Shown in pieces: positions 37,729-47,727 of a stretch of 64,000 nt of DNA. The DNA comes from Bacilli bacterium (lineage in GTDB: Bacteria > Bacillota_I > Bacilli_A > RFN20 > CAG-826), in contig JAZQOV010000011.1 in NCBI GenBank assembly GCA_045628045.1, positions 68,912-132,911 of the forward strand. The letters are read 5' to 3'. Within the stretch, counting starts at the first letter, position 1. Every line of letters begins with the position of its first letter. Position numbers and translations under genes: made by a program. Under the pieces are notes generated by a model. The model was given only the letters and a program-made list of their open reading frames with translations, had not been told where the DNA came from and searched no databases.

Positions 37729-38913
37729 ATGAAAAAAATAGGAAAACTTATTTATTGTGCATTAGGTGCTGCATTAGTCCTTACTGGATGTGGCAAGAAA
37801 GATAGCAAAGGCGAAAAAAAATTCGGTGTTAAATCTGAAGAATCTTACTATTATGTTTATTCAACTCTAGCTTGTGAGCAACATAACATTATTTCAACGG
37901 ATACTTCTGGTTTAAATGATCAATATCGTACGGAGTATGAGTATGATAAAAATCATAATGTAGTTAAAGAAAAATACTTGGAATATTCAACTGAAATTTT
38001 CGATTATTATGTGTATTCTGAGGGATTATTCGAATATGACGAAAAAGGAAATATGACTTGCGAAGAATATTTCGACTATGATTTAGAAGGCGAAGTTACT
38101 GGCCGCTGCAAATATGTTTATTCAAAATTCGATGACCATGGTTATTATCAAGAATATAGATATTACGAATATTCAAGCGACGACAAATTCACAAAACCTT
38201 ATCTTAGTAGTTACAATGAATACAGTTTTGAATACGATGAAAATGGTAATATGACCAAAGAAACATATATAAATAGATATGGTGACACTTACATTTCTCT
38301 TTACACTTACGATGAATTGGGTAGAGAACTTACCTATATGTACTCTGGTAATATCGAAAACTTCCACGATGGTTATTCATTCTATGAAAAAACCGTTTAT
38401 ACTTATTTTGAAGGAAGCGATTCAAACGAATATAAAACTTGCACTTATTACTACTTTGAAAATGGCGTTTGGGTTGAAAGTATTAGATATGAAGCTGAAA
38501 TGGATGAAGAAGGCTATATTTACAAAGAATCATCAATTTATGGCGATGTAGTGACTTATTATTGGGAAGTTGAAAAAGTTTCTGACACAGAAATTGTTGA
38601 AAAAGCATATGAATTAGACAGCTATGACGCAGAAACAAAAGAAGCAACATACATTCTTGATTATAAGAACGAAGTCGAATATCGAAATCACGAAGAATTA
38701 CTTAACGATGGCGATGTAGTTAGCAGAACATATAAAGAATATTATGAAGGCGGAGAAAGAATTAGTTATATGTTCAAATTTGATTGTTCTTATGACGAAA
38801 ACGGAAATTACCTCGGCCGCGAAAGACTTTACTACACAGGTTCAGATTCTACATACAATGATTTATCATTAATTGCCGTCTATTATGAATCTTTAGAATA
38901 TATCGAATTTTAG
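37729..38913 (+). CDS. lipoprotein with degenerate YD-like repeats
   Basis: Lipobox LVLTGCGKK. Repeated motifs YEYDKNHN, FEYDEKGNM, FEYDENGNM, CSYDENGNY. Confidence 0.65.
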   Translation: MKKIGKLIYCALGAALVLTGCGKKDSKGEKKFGVKSEESYYYVYSTLACEQHNIISTDTSGLNDQYRTEYEYDKNHNVVKEKYLEYSTEIFDYYVYSEGLFEYDEKGNMTCEEYFDYDLEGEVTGRCKYVYSKFDDHGYYQEYRYYEYSSDDKFTKPYLSSYNEYSFEYDENGNMTKETYINRYGDTYISLYTYDELGRELTYMYSGNIENFHDGYSFYEKTVYTYFEGSDSNEYKTCTYYYFENGVWVESIRYEAEMDEEGYIYKESSIYGDVVTYYWEVEKVSDTEIVEKAYELDSYDAETKEATYILDYKNEVEYRNHEELLNDGDVVSRTYKEYYEGGERISYMFKFDCSYDENGNYLGRERLYYTGSDSTYNDLSLIAVYYESLEYIEF

Positions 38914-38926
38914 TAAATTAGAAAAT

Positions 38927-38958
38927 AAAAGAAGCGTTTAGGCGCTTCTTTTTTTATT
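38927..38958 (+). terminator. intrinsic terminator
   Basis: AAAAGAAGCG-tttagg-CGCTTCTTTT plus T-run. Confidence 0.6.
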
Positions 38959-39003
38959 GAAAAAGAAAATAACTTTGTTAATATATAATAGAAGGAGTTT
39001 AAT

Positions 39004-40119
39004 ATGAAAATTAAAAATTTTTTATTAGCGCTTGGTTCCATATCTTTGTTAGTTTCTTGTAAAAATAAAGAACCAAAGAAAATTTATTTAGTTTCATTTG
39101 ATAGATATCAACAAGTTGGTCATGAAGGAGAACTTGTTAATTCTGATCGTACTGAATACAGTTATGATGAAAGAGGCAATTGTATTGAAGAAAAACAAAT
39201 TGCCTTAATTCATAATGAATTAGCTGAAAGTGAAGAAGAAGCTATAAAAGAAGTTGTTGTTGCTCTTTCTAAGAGTACTTATGATGAAAACAACAATGAA
39301 ATTGCTTATGATTCAGCTCAATTCCATACAAGCAGCGGAGAGCAATATTATAGATATGGTCTTGAATGGGAAATGGATGAAGATGGTAATTTACTTAAAG
39401 AAACCACTCTTTATTATGTAGCTCCATATGAAGAACCTGATGAAATCTATGAAACTGTCTATTATTATAATAATAGTGGCGTTCGTATTAAAGCGATAAG
39501 CTCTTATAATGGCGAACCATATGAACAAACCGATTACACCTATAATAGAGATGGTTTACTTGCTGCTAAGTACATTGGCAATATTTATGAAGGCGAATTA
39601 TATCCTTCTAGAAAATATGGCTATCTTTATTATGAAGGAACCAATCTTTATAAATACACCTTTGCTTACACTTATAGTGGTGATGATTACAGTGTTGTTT
39701 CAAAAGACTATTTTGAATATGACGAAAATGGTTTCCAAACATTGTATGAAACATACGAAGGTGACGAACTCGTTGGTTCTTTAGAAACCGTATTCACATC
39801 AGAAGTTTCTTATAAACAAATTGTTAAGATGGAACGACCAGACACTCCATTTGGTGTAATTAGTACCACTGAATTTACATTCAAAAATCATAAAGCAATG
39901 TTAAATGATGACAGAGAACAACTTGTTTCCACAGTTGAATTGGATTTTGATGGTTATTATTCATTTACACTTCCATATTCAAAAATTGTATATAACTATA
40001 GTTACAATAATGGAGAATGTGTTGAAAGAACAATTGAATCAACATATTACAATTATGGCACTGAGGAAGAAAATAGTTACTACCTCACTAAAGAAGTCTA
40101 TCATTACGCCGAATTATAA
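39004..40119 (+). CDS. paralogous lipoprotein with YD-like repeats
   Basis: Lipobox LLVSCKNK. YSYDERGNC, STYDENNNE, YEYDENGF. Confidence 0.65.
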   Translation: MKIKNFLLALGSISLLVSCKNKEPKKIYLVSFDRYQQVGHEGELVNSDRTEYSYDERGNCIEEKQIALIHNELAESEEEAIKEVVVALSKSTYDENNNEIAYDSAQFHTSSGEQYYRYGLEWEMDEDGNLLKETTLYYVAPYEEPDEIYETVYYYNNSGVRIKAISSYNGEPYEQTDYTYNRDGLLAAKYIGNIYEGELYPSRKYGYLYYEGTNLYKYTFAYTYSGDDYSVVSKDYFEYDENGFQTLYETYEGDELVGSLETVFTSEVSYKQIVKMERPDTPFGVISTTEFTFKNHKAMLNDDREQLVSTVELDFDGYYSFTLPYSKIVYNYSYNNGECVERTIESTYYNYGTEEENSYYLTKEVYHYAEL

Positions 40120-40136
40120 TTCTTTGAATTATTATG

Positions 40137-40165
40137 AAAATCGCCTTAATTGGCGATTTTTTCTT
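40137..40165 (+). terminator. intrinsic terminator
   Basis: AAAATCGCC-ttaatt-GGCGATTTT plus T-run. Confidence 0.65.
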
Positions 40166-40222
40166 GTCGGACATTCTAAATATAGATTTACTATATAATT
40201 TTTTCTAATTAATATATATAGT

Positions 40223-40984
40223 ATGTACCCAGAATTATTTAGGATTAGAGATTTCACTATATCGAGTTACAGCATTTGCTTGATTCTAGGAATTGTTTTA
40301 GCTTTTATTATTGCTCTAGTTTATATAAAAAAACGTGGAATAAATAAGGCTGGTTTTATAGATATTGGAATTTGCAGTTGTTTTTCAATTGTTTTTGGCC
40401 TAATTTTTTCAATTCTTTTTGAAAATCTTTATGAATTTATCGAAAAAGGCAAATCTTATACCTGGACATGGGGTATGACATTTTTTGGCGGATTATTTGG
40501 TGGTATAATAGGCTTCATTGTCATATATCTTTTTTTAAAACAGGATAAAAATTTTAACATCTTAGAAATATTAAAGGTGGCTCCAGTTTCTATTAGCGCT
40601 GCTCATGCACTTGGAAGAATTGGATGTTTTTTAGCTGGCTGTTGTTATGGAAAGCCAACAGATTCATGGATTGGTTTGCCTTGTTCACATGCTAATCCAG
40701 GACTTAATGTTATTCCGGTTCAATTAATTGAAGCTTTCTTTTTAGCAACTATCTCATTAATCATGGGGATACTTCTTTTTAAGAAAAATTTTTCATATAA
40801 TTTTGTTTTTTATATGGCAACATATTCGGTATTTAGATTTATTATCGAGTTTTTTAGAGATGATCCTAGAGGTGTGTTTGGGGTTCTTTCTCCATCTCAA
40901 ATATGGAGCATTTTAATGTTTTTTGGAGCGCCAGCAGTTTTTTTCCTATTAAGGAAATTTGAAAACAATCATGAGTCGAAATAA
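40223..40984 (+). CDS. lgt: prolipoprotein diacylglyceryl transferase
   Basis: Lgt signature G(R)IGCFLAGCCYGKPT. Multi-TM. Confidence 0.9.
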   Translation: MYPELFRIRDFTISSYSICLILGIVLAFIIALVYIKKRGINKAGFIDIGICSCFSIVFGLIFSILFENLYEFIEKGKSYTWTWGMTFFGGLFGGIIGFIVIYLFLKQDKNFNILEILKVAPVSISAAHALGRIGCFLAGCCYGKPTDSWIGLPCSHANPGLNVIPVQLIEAFFLATISLIMGILLFKKNFSYNFVFYMATYSVFRFIIEFFRDDPRGVFGVLSPSQIWSILMFFGAPAVFFLLRKFENNHESK

Positions 40985-41696
40985 TTTATCTGATTTTTTA
41001 CTTATACTATTTTTATCAATTGCTTTAGGCTGTTTGCCTATTAATTTAATTACTAGCAATGAAATACTTATAGTTTCATTTCAAATAGTGCTGCAAATAG
41101 GTTATTTTTTGTTTATTTTCTTTTACACTCCTAAAAAAACAATGCTTAAGATGAAACAAAGCCGAATCAATATAAAATACACCTTGCTTTTGATTCCTGT
41201 ACTTATTATATGTTTTTCTAATTTATTTTATGGTTTATTTTGTGGCGAAAGCTTTGTGGTTGAATTTAACACTTTTACTCTTTTAAGAATTTTTCTAACG
41301 ATATTTATTGCTATAAATGAGGAATTGCTTTATAGACTAATTCTTATATCTAATTTAGAAAAAGGTAATAAGTTTCGAAAAATAATTGTTAGCTCGTTAG
41401 TCTTTTCGATAGTTCATTTGACTATTTTCTTTTCCAGTTTTAATTTAGTTGATTTAATCGTTCCGTGCTATACATTTTTCTTAGGTATAATTTTAGGGGC
41501 AACATATTTTTTAACAAATTCAATAATTCCTTGCATAACAATTCATTTTCTTTTTAATTTGTTCAATAGCATTATTTTCCAGATAAGTATTAAAGACTTT
41601 GTTAGCTATATTATTATTAGTATTCTAGTAGGGCTTATTTCTTTTCTTTATTTATTTCTTGTTGTGTTTTTTAAGAATAAAAAAAGAAAACAATAA
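40959..41696 (+). CDS. CPBP-family (CAAX/Abi) intramembrane metalloprotease
   Basis: EELLYRLIL (EExxxR) and FSIVHL motifs. About 7 TM. Confidence 0.75.
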   Translation: MKTIMSRNNLSDFLLILFLSIALGCLPINLITSNEILIVSFQIVLQIGYFLFIFFYTPKKTMLKMKQSRINIKYTLLLIPVLIICFSNLFYGLFCGESFVVEFNTFTLLRIFLTIFIAINEELLYRLILISNLEKGNKFRKIIVSSLVFSIVHLTIFFSSFNLVDLIVPCYTFFLGIILGATYFLTNSIIPCITIHFLFNLFNSIIFQISIKDFVSYIIISILVGLISFLYLFLVVFFKNKKRKQ

Positions 41697-41791
41697 TAAA
41701 ATCAATCGGAAGTTTAATTTCAAATAGATACCAATGATTTATTTTAAATAAAAATTTAAATGGTATAATAATATTTGAAGGTGTAAATAAC

Positions 41792-43621
41792 ATGTATAAA
41801 CTTGGAATGATGACCGAATATGTTTCAAGATTCGGTGACACTAATTTTTGTTTAGACACAATTAAAAAACTTGGTTTTGATTGCGCTGATTTAACATTAT
41901 ATGGTTGTAAGCAATGGAACAAATTGCTACCAGAATTTTTAGATAAAAACTACAAAGAAAACATTTTAAAAATAAAGGAACACGCAAAGAAAATTGGTTT
42001 TCAAATTTTGCAAGCCCACGCCCCATTTCATGTTTATAAAGAAGGCGATGATGAGTATAACAAAAATATGTTTTTTCAATTAGAAAGAAGCATTGAAATT
42101 TGCGGCCTTCTTAATATACCAAAATTAGTTATTCATCCATGGAATGATTGGACCATAGAAGAAAATAAAGCTTTTTATGAAAAATTGCTTCCTTTGGCTG
42201 AAAAAAATAATGTAATTATATGTTCTGAAAACATGTGGAATTGTACACGCGTTAATGGCGTTTTTAAGGCTTTGCCGTGCGCTTGCTCATTAACAGGGAA
42301 CTTCAAGGAACAAATAGATGCAGTTAATAGTCCCTATTTAAAAGCATGTGTTGATGTTGGACATGCTCAAATGTTTTCGTATTTGGGCGTGAAACCTGAA
42401 ACAATGATTGAAGAAATGGGTAATCGTGTTAGTTGTTTGCATCTACATGATAATAATTCAATAGAGGATGAACATAAAATTCCTTATACTGGCGATATTA
42501 ATTGGGAACATGTTATTAAGTCACTGAGAAAAATTAATTATAAGGGTGATTTAATCATTGAAACATGTTTGCCTGAACAATATGATACCTTTGAGAAAAG
42601 CTGCGAATATTGGAAGAAACAACTACTCGCCGGCATGAAGCTAAAACGCGCCATTATGGATGGACAATACCATTTAATGGAAAATGAAAACGGTTTGAAG
42701 TTAACCACAACAAATTTGGGTGCGTCATTGTATGAAATCATTTTTAATGATGAAGTAATGACCTTTAACGTTGAAAATAAAGATGAGTTTTTTAGAGACA
42801 AATTATTTTTTGGAAAAACAATTGGAAGATTTGCTAATCGTATTCCGGGGAATGAAATTGTTGTTGAAGGTCATTCCTATTTGTTAGAGGATAACGGAAA
42901 TGGCAATGTACTTCATGGTGGTCAGTCCGGTATCTCAACAAAAGTTTTTGATACAATCGCATTTAATGAAGATAAGGGAGATTATTACGAAACAAAATAT
43001 ACTTATATTTCACCAGAGTTAGAAAGCGGTTTTCCAGGCGAATTAAAATTTGATGTTACTTATAAACTTTTTAAAAAGGAAAATCGAATTGATTTGATTT
43101 TTACTGGGGAAACTAGATATCATCCAACTCCATTTTCTCCCACAAATCACGCGTATTTTTGCTTAGGCGATGATTCTAACCTTAATCTAGAATTAAAAAT
43201 CAACGCTTCAAATTTTTTATTAACCCAATCTTCAAATTTACTTCCTATAGAAAAGTCAAAAGTTTATCCTTGTTTAGATTTTAGGAATTATAAAGTTATT
43301 AACGATAGTATTAACGATCCATTTTTAGTTAATCATATTTCAAATGGTTATGACCATTATTTTTATTTTGATAATGTTGATTCTAGAATTATTCAAGTTT
43401 CTTTAAGAAATAACAAATATCAATTAGATATCAAAACCGATTACGAAGGATTGCAAATTTATAGTGATAACTATGAAAGTAATTTAAAATCCAAAACAAC
43501 AAACAAAACAATACATCGCGGACTAGCACTTGAACCTGGTATGAATTTAACTGATTTACATTTCTTATATCCAGGTGATAAAAAGGAAAATATAATAACT
43601 TATTTATTTAAAAGAAGATAA
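41792..43621 (+). CDS. fusion: sugar-phosphate isomerase/epimerase (xylose-isomerase-like TIM barrel) plus aldose 1-epimerase (mutarotase)
   Basis: The N-terminal ~280 aa have AP-endonuclease-2/XylA-like TIM features. The C-terminal ~330 aa show the galactose-mutarotase pattern (…GRFANRI…LHGG…). Confidence 0.6.
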   Translation: MYKLGMMTEYVSRFGDTNFCLDTIKKLGFDCADLTLYGCKQWNKLLPEFLDKNYKENILKIKEHAKKIGFQILQAHAPFHVYKEGDDEYNKNMFFQLERSIEICGLLNIPKLVIHPWNDWTIEENKAFYEKLLPLAEKNNVIICSENMWNCTRVNGVFKALPCACSLTGNFKEQIDAVNSPYLKACVDVGHAQMFSYLGVKPETMIEEMGNRVSCLHLHDNNSIEDEHKIPYTGDINWEHVIKSLRKINYKGDLIIETCLPEQYDTFEKSCEYWKKQLLAGMKLKRAIMDGQYHLMENENGLKLTTTNLGASLYEIIFNDEVMTFNVENKDEFFRDKLFFGKTIGRFANRIPGNEIVVEGHSYLLEDNGNGNVLHGGQSGISTKVFDTIAFNEDKGDYYETKYTYISPELESGFPGELKFDVTYKLFKKENRIDLIFTGETRYHPTPFSPTNHAYFCLGDDSNLNLELKINASNFLLTQSSNLLPIEKSKVYPCLDFRNYKVINDSINDPFLVNHISNGYDHYFYFDNVDSRIIQVSLRNNKYQLDIKTDYEGLQIYSDNYESNLKSKTTNKTIHRGLALEPGMNLTDLHFLYPGDKKENIITYLFKRR

Positions 43622-43635
43622 TTGGAGACAACATT

Positions 43636-44517
43636 ATGGGAAAGATTTACATTTTGGGCTCAATTAATACCGATTTAGTTATTGGCACTTCTATAATGCC
43701 TAATGAAGGAGAAACAATAACGGGAAAAGATTTTTTCTCTGCTCATGGAGGCAAAGGAGCCAATCAGGCAGTGGCCGCTGCAAGACTTGGTGGGAATGTT
43801 AAGTTTTGTGGTAAAGTAGGTGATGATGTCTTTGGAGACGATGCTTATAATTCTTTAAAAAACGAAAGAATTGATGTATCTTGCGTAAAAAAAGTTAAAG
43901 GAGTTGCAACAGGAACAGCGATTATTATTGTTTCTAATGGAGACAATAGAATAATCTTAGATCCGGGCGCAAATGCGAAAGTAAGCAAGACTGACGTTGA
44001 TGAGTTTCTTTCCGACGCAAAAGAAGGCGATATATTTTTAACTCAATTAGAGATTCCAATAAGTATTGTTGGCTATGCATTAGAAAAAGCAAAAAACAAA
44101 AAAATGTTTGTTGTCTTAAACCCGGCTCCTGCAAATAAGGAAGTAATAAAATATTTAAAATATTGTGATTTAATAACTCCAAATGAAGGCGAATCAAATC
44201 TTCTGGGAGGTGTTGAGAAATTGCTAAAAGAAATTCCAAATGTACTTGTAACATTGGGCGGCAAGGGCTTCGCAATATATGAAGAAAATAAATGCAAAAA
44301 ATACCCATGTATGAAAATTAAACCAGTTGATACAACAGCGGCCGGAGACACTCTTTGCGGTGGACTTGTTGCTATGTATTCTTTAGGAAAATCATTGGAA
44401 ATTTCCGCAAAATTTGGCTCAAAAGCGGCTTCAATTGCATGCACAAGACCAGGAGCTCAACCATCAATTCCTTTCCTCAATGAGGTATCCATTAATATAG
44501 ATGAATTCACTAAGTAA
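43636..44517 (+). CDS. rbsK: ribokinase (PfkB family)
   Basis: GSINTDL…GGKGANQA at the N-terminus and AAGDTLCGG near the C-terminus. Confidence 0.8.
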   Translation: MGKIYILGSINTDLVIGTSIMPNEGETITGKDFFSAHGGKGANQAVAAARLGGNVKFCGKVGDDVFGDDAYNSLKNERIDVSCVKKVKGVATGTAIIIVSNGDNRIILDPGANAKVSKTDVDEFLSDAKEGDIFLTQLEIPISIVGYALEKAKNKKMFVVLNPAPANKEVIKYLKYCDLITPNEGESNLLGGVEKLLKEIPNVLVTLGGKGFAIYEENKCKKYPCMKIKPVDTTAAGDTLCGGLVAMYSLGKSLEISAKFGSKAASIACTRPGAQPSIPFLNEVSINIDEFTK

Positions 44518-47104
44518 GCAAATTTTAAAAAGTAAATTATTTGAGCAAAATAAAAGAATTGGAGTTGAACCTTTTCGTAGTTACTATATTCCTTTTTCTA
44601 TTAATCAAAAATTTGATTTTGACTGTGGGATAATAAAAAGAGAATCAAGCGATCTTTTCCTTTCGCTTGATGGGGAATGGGATTTCGAAGATTACCCTTC
44701 AATACAATCTATGGGTTCGTTAGATTGTAATCTTAATAAAAAAATAAAAGTCCCTTCTTGTGTTCAAATAGAGGGATTTGATTCTAATCAATATGTAAAT
44801 TATAAATACAATTTTTCCTATAATCCCCCATTCATTGATAAAGATATACCGACCTTTCATTATCGTAAAAAAATTAATTTAAATAGAAATGGAAAAATTC
44901 CCTTCCTTTGTTTTGATGGAGTCGATTGTTCTTTTTATTTGTTTATTAACGGAAAATTTGTTGGTTATTCACAAATTTCCCATTCTTTAAGTGAATTTAA
45001 TATCAGTACATTTGTTAAGGACGGAGAAAATGTTTTTGATGTAATTGTATTAAAATGGTGTGCTTCTTCATATATTGAAGATCAGGATAAATTTAGATTT
45101 TCAGGTATTTTTAGGAGCGTTTATATTTTGCTTAGAGAAGAAAAACACATTGAAGATTTTAAAATTATTACATCTTTTGAAGGAAAAAATGGAATTTTAA
45201 CTATTAAAAATTTACGAGGCTCACCTTTTAATGTTTTCTTTAATCATCAAATCAAGACCGTAAAATCACAAAGCGAAGTTAGTTTTTACATTCCAAATGT
45301 TAAAAGATGGAGTCCTAAGAAACCGTATTTATATGATGTTATTCTTTCGACTACTTCAGAAAAAATACTTCAACGCGTTGGATTTAGAAGTGTAAAGATT
45401 GAAAATGGTATATTTTTAATTAATGATAATCATCAAAAATTATATGGAATTAATAGACACGAATTTAGTCCAGAAACCGGATCAACCATAACTAGAGAAT
45501 TTACATTTAACGATCTCCTTCTTATGAAGGAATTAAATATTAACGCTATTAGAACATCACATTATCCAGATATGCCAGAATTTTACGAACTTTGTAATTA
45601 TCTTGGATTTTATGTTGTTGATGAAGCGGATATTGAATCACATGGCGCAGCAATCTCTGATGGAGGATATAAGATCGAACCTTGGGAGAAACTTGCTAAT
45701 AGTGGAATTTATGATGATGCAGTTTTAGATAGAGAAAAATCATTGTATGAAAGAGACAAAAATCATTGTTGCGTTATTATTTGGTCTTTAGGAAACGAAA
45801 GCTCATATGGGAAAATGTTTTATGATGGAGCTGACCACATTCATATGAATGATGACAGACCTATACATTATGAAGGATTATGGAATATTGCCGACAAATC
45901 AATCGATGGCGATTATTATACAAATAGGATTGACATTGTATCAAGAATGTACCCGCCATATGAATGGCTTGAACATGGCTATTTAGACGACATAAATGAA
46001 AAAAGACCATTACTTTTGTGCGAATATTCACACGCCATGGGGAATAGTTGTGGTGATTTAGCTGATTATTGGAGAATTATTAATTCTAACGATCGTTTCA
46101 TTGGAGCTTTTATTTGGGAATGGAATGACCATGCCATTAATTGTGATGGAAAATTACTTTACGGCGGTGATTTTAAAGAAGAAAATCACGACAGTAATTT
46201 TTGTATTGATGGGATAGTTACTCCTTATCGAAAATTTAAATCCTCTACCTTAGAAATGAAAGCCGTTTATTCTGGCAATTTAGAGCCAAAAAAAGAAGTT
46301 AATAAATGCAAAAAATTAAGAGAAATTCCTTGTAATTCCCCAATAAAAATTAAGATTGACGAAGAAAAAGGTTCTTTGCTTGCAATTTATAAAAATGATA
46401 AAAATATTCTCGAATCTCCAATTGAAATTTCATATTTAAGAGCATATTTAGATAACGAAATGCATACTAAGTGGAAATTGGAAGAGTTAGAGAAACTAAA
46501 CTTAAAAATTTATAAAAGAGAAGTTAAAGAAAACGAAATGACCTTTTATGGAAATTTAATTGGTGAAAATGAATATAAGTATTTTGATTATTGTATAAAG
46601 TATAAAGTCTTCAATAATGCAGTCGATATTATTTTGAGTTACGCCATAAATAGTGAAGTAAATTTTATTCCTAGATTTGGCGTGAAATTTGCTATCAATA
46701 AAATTTATCAAAATTTCACGTATTTTGGATATGGACCAGATGAATCATATATCGATAAAAGAGTTCATTCTAAAATAAGGAAGTTTAAAACCAATGTTAA
46801 GAGTAATTATTTTGATTATATTAAGCCTCAAGAAACAGGAAGCCACTATTATTCAAGTTATATTAAATTTGATAATTTAAAAATTATAGCTGAAAAACCT
46901 TTTAGCTTTAGTGTTTTGCCTTATTCTTTTGAACAAATTATTTGCAGCAAACATTATTTTGAATTACCAAAACAAGATAAAACATATATAAATTTGGACA
47001 TATTTATGAGTGGTGTTGGTTCAAATTCTTGTGGTCCTGAATTAAAGAAAGAATATTCATTACCTCATTCTGGGTCAAATATGTTTAGAATCGTTATAAA
47101 ATGA
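44501..47104 (+). CDS. GH2-family beta-galactosidase
   Basis: 867 aa. GH2 sugar-binding, Ig-like and TIM regions (…NAIRTSHYP…WSLGNES…). Confidence 0.75.
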   Translation: MNSLSKQILKSKLFEQNKRIGVEPFRSYYIPFSINQKFDFDCGIIKRESSDLFLSLDGEWDFEDYPSIQSMGSLDCNLNKKIKVPSCVQIEGFDSNQYVNYKYNFSYNPPFIDKDIPTFHYRKKINLNRNGKIPFLCFDGVDCSFYLFINGKFVGYSQISHSLSEFNISTFVKDGENVFDVIVLKWCASSYIEDQDKFRFSGIFRSVYILLREEKHIEDFKIITSFEGKNGILTIKNLRGSPFNVFFNHQIKTVKSQSEVSFYIPNVKRWSPKKPYLYDVILSTTSEKILQRVGFRSVKIENGIFLINDNHQKLYGINRHEFSPETGSTITREFTFNDLLLMKELNINAIRTSHYPDMPEFYELCNYLGFYVVDEADIESHGAAISDGGYKIEPWEKLANSGIYDDAVLDREKSLYERDKNHCCVIIWSLGNESSYGKMFYDGADHIHMNDDRPIHYEGLWNIADKSIDGDYYTNRIDIVSRMYPPYEWLEHGYLDDINEKRPLLLCEYSHAMGNSCGDLADYWRIINSNDRFIGAFIWEWNDHAINCDGKLLYGGDFKEENHDSNFCIDGIVTPYRKFKSSTLEMKAVYSGNLEPKKEVNKCKKLREIPCNSPIKIKIDEEKGSLLAIYKNDKNILESPIEISYLRAYLDNEMHTKWKLEELEKLNLKIYKREVKENEMTFYGNLIGENEYKYFDYCIKYKVFNNAVDIILSYAINSEVNFIPRFGVKFAINKIYQNFTYFGYGPDESYIDKRVHSKIRKFKTNVKSNYFDYIKPQETGSHYYSSYIKFDNLKIIAEKPFSFSVLPYSFEQIICSKHYFELPKQDKTYINLDIFMSGVGSNSCGPELKKEYSLPHSGSNMFRIVIK

Positions 47105-47727
47105 GAAAAGCAATTAATAAGAAATGTGGAAAATTTAAATATAAATTTTTCTACCCTAAAAATTACAATAAGAAACAACGTTATCCCGTTGTATTCTTTA
47201 CTCATGGTCATGGTGGTGTTAATAAGAGCTTCGACTCATTCTTAGAAGACACGAATTTTATAAAATTATTAAATCTTGGATATTCATCATTGGATAATTG
47301 TATTGTGGTATGTCCTCATTGCACCACAGATACATATTTTGATAATTTTGTAGACCTAATTAAGCTAGCAAACAGAATTTATAATAGAAAAGACGTTGAT
47401 AAAGCAAATTTTAATGGTTTAGGCATTTCTATGGGCGGATATACTATGTACCAATTAATGATGTCAACAAACTCATTATGGCATAAATCATTAATTTTAT
47501 GTGCAGGTGGTTTATATTGGAACGCAGTAAAAATTAAAGATATCCCATTAAAAATAATTCATGGAACAAACGATCAAACAATTTATATTGAAGAAGCTAT
47601 TAGGATGAAAGAAAAACTAGATTCTTATAATTCTCATGTCGAATTAATTAAACTAGATGGATTTGGTCATAATGTCTGGGACGAGACTTGGACCCACGAG
47701 GAATATTTTGGTTGGTTAATTAGTTAA
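47101..47727 (+). CDS. alpha/beta-hydrolase esterase
   Basis: GISMGGYT nucleophile elbow. Conserved His near the C-terminus. Confidence 0.6.
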   Translation: MRKAINKKCGKFKYKFFYPKNYNKKQRYPVVFFTHGHGGVNKSFDSFLEDTNFIKLLNLGYSSLDNCIVVCPHCTTDTYFDNFVDLIKLANRIYNRKDVDKANFNGLGISMGGYTMYQLMMSTNSLWHKSLILCAGGLYWNAVKIKDIPLKIIHGTNDQTIYIEEAIRMKEKLDSYNSHVELIKLDGFGHNVWDETWTHEEYFGWLIS

